Shown in pieces: positions 62,854 to 64,000 of a DNA stretch of 64,000 nucleotides; within the stretch, counting starts at the first letter, position 1, and each line of letters starts with the position of its first letter. Location: positions 96,001 through 160,000 of the forward strand of contig AE017150.2 of the NCBI GenBank assembly GCA_000002445.1, given 5' to 3'. The DNA is from Trypanosoma brucei (taxonomy: Eukaryota). The notes under the pieces were generated by a model. That model was not told the origin of the DNA, did no database searches, and saw only the letters and a program-made list of their open reading frames with translations. The position numbers and the translations under genes are program-made.

Positions 62854-64000
62854 ATGTCAGGAAACCAAGGAAGAAAGCGACAACGCAGCTCATCTCCCGA
62901 GCACACAGAAGCTTTAAAGGAATCATCAACTACTGGACAAAATAAACTCACCACCGTTACAATCACCGAAGAGACGCGTGACGCCAGTAATGATGAAACT
63001 GTGATATCATTATTGAATGAGCATGAGAAATTGATTAAACAAACGACACGGCTGGAAAGCAGTGTGAAGGCACTTAAATGTTTCATGAGTAATCTCACAG
63101 CTATGAGTGGCGAAAGGCGAGGTGGTGTGTGTGATGGCACCGAATGCATACGTGCGGTAACGTTATATCATGCTGCTGATAATGCCTTCAGTGACGAAGG
63201 ACTATATGAAGGTTCTCTTTCCTCACTCTGTGGCCGCATTCAAGCTAAGAAATTAACCATCACGTTATCAAAGGGTTGGAAATTTAACTCACGACAAGTC
63301 AGTAAGCTAAAGCAGTTAGAAGAGTTACGCATTGAATATCCACATGGTAAACTTGTGAATATCATATCTTTGAATAACCTTGATATGTTGAAAAGGCTTT
63401 GTCTCAGGAGCAACAATATTGACAACAATGACGCCCGTCACTTATTCAATATTGGAACATTGGAGGAGTTGGCTATTACTGACACCATGCAACTGACAAA
63501 TATCAGAGGAATCTCTCGCTTAACTAACCTGAAGTGTCTTGAGTTAAATTCCACAGATATTGATGATAGCTGTATAGGGGAAATAAGTGCATGTGCTAAA
63601 CTGTCCAAACTGAGTGTATCCGAATGCAACAATATCACAGACGCGACACCAATTTCACAACTTTCAGCGCTTGAAGAGTTGAATCTAAACAGCTGTTACC
63701 ACATAACGAAGGGAATAGGAACACTTGGCATGTTGTTACGATTGCGTATACTTGATTTGAGTGGTGTTCCTGTGGAAGATAATTGTCTGAAGGATTTGTG
63801 TGACTGTGGATCGCTTGAAAGGCTGAACATTTCTTATTGTATTCAGCTGACAGATATCAATCCACTCTCCAATGCCACTGCTATTGAGGAATTGAACCTT
63901 AACGGTTGTCGCCGAATAACACGAGGGATAGGCGTTGTGTGGGCATTACCAAAACTCCGTGTATTGCACATGAAGGATGTGCACCTGAGCGAGCCATCTC
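62854..64000 (+). CDS. LRRP: Leucine-rich repeat protein (LRRP) paralogue, 5' part only; the ORF runs off the window end
   Basis: The ATG at 62854 is followed by MSGNQGRKRQRSSSPEHTEALKESSTTGQNKLTTVTITEETRDASNDETVISLLNEHEKLIKQ..., about 90% identical to the start of 29379..32711, with no stop before 64000. Confidence 0.8.
   Translation, partial: MSGNQGRKRQRSSSPEHTEALKESSTTGQNKLTTVTITEETRDASNDETVISLLNEHEKLIKQTTRLESSVKALKCFMSNLTAMSGERRGGVCDGTECIRAVTLYHAADNAFSDEGLYEGSLSSLCGRIQAKKLTITLSKGWKFNSRQVSKLKQLEELRIEYPHGKLVNIISLNNLDMLKRLCLRSNNIDNNDARHLFNIGTLEELAITDTMQLTNIRGISRLTNLKCLELNSTDIDDSCIGEISACAKLSKLSVSECNNITDATPISQLSALEELNLNSCYHITKGIGTLGMLLRLRILDLSGVPVEDNCLKDLCDCGSLERLNISYCIQLTDINPLSNATAIEELNLNGCRRITRGIGVVWALPKLRVLHMKDVHLSEPS

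Overview
This window reads as an RHS-rich, subtelomere-like region of an African trypanosome (Trypanosoma brucei group). The organism call rests on three RIME retroposons (minus strand, poly(A) tails, canonical 5' end CCCTGGCGATGCCGGCC...) sitting in a retrotransposon-hot-spot (RHS) gene, plus an ESAG4/GRESAG4-type adenylate-cyclase pseudogene and an ESAG8-related leucine-rich-repeat protein (LRRP) gene.

Layout:
- Two apparently intact RHS genes on the minus strand (2073..4586, 12732..15269) form a ~10.65 kb tandem repeat unit. Each carries its 3' flank (1..2072 vs 10639..12731) and a ~3 kb AT-rich upstream region.
- A second, larger duplicon has an apparent period of ~33.5 kb. It comprises the RHS upstream region, a ~10.7 kb block holding the ESAG4-like adenylate-cyclase pseudogene with a (TG)n microsatellite, and a 1110-aa LRRP gene on the plus strand. 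Copy A is 15270..32711 and copy B is 48774..64000+.
- A third RHS (44725..48773, minus) is a chimeric pseudogene. It is interrupted in frame by three head-to-tail RIMEs, each bounded by the 12-bp target-site duplication TGTATAACAGTA (plus strand).
- Between the plus-strand LRRP (ends 32711) and the minus-strand RHS pseudogene (ends 44725) lies a 12 kb gene-poor convergent zone. It contains a decayed plus-strand RHS fragment and a GC-richer island of unknown origin.

Everything coding that I can recognise belongs to known trypanosome families, and I found no evidence of a novel multi-gene system. The less-explained items are an unidentified pseudogene family downstream of each RHS, a 29-nt motif shared by two otherwise unrelated spots, and GT-rich tracts at a duplication breakpoint.
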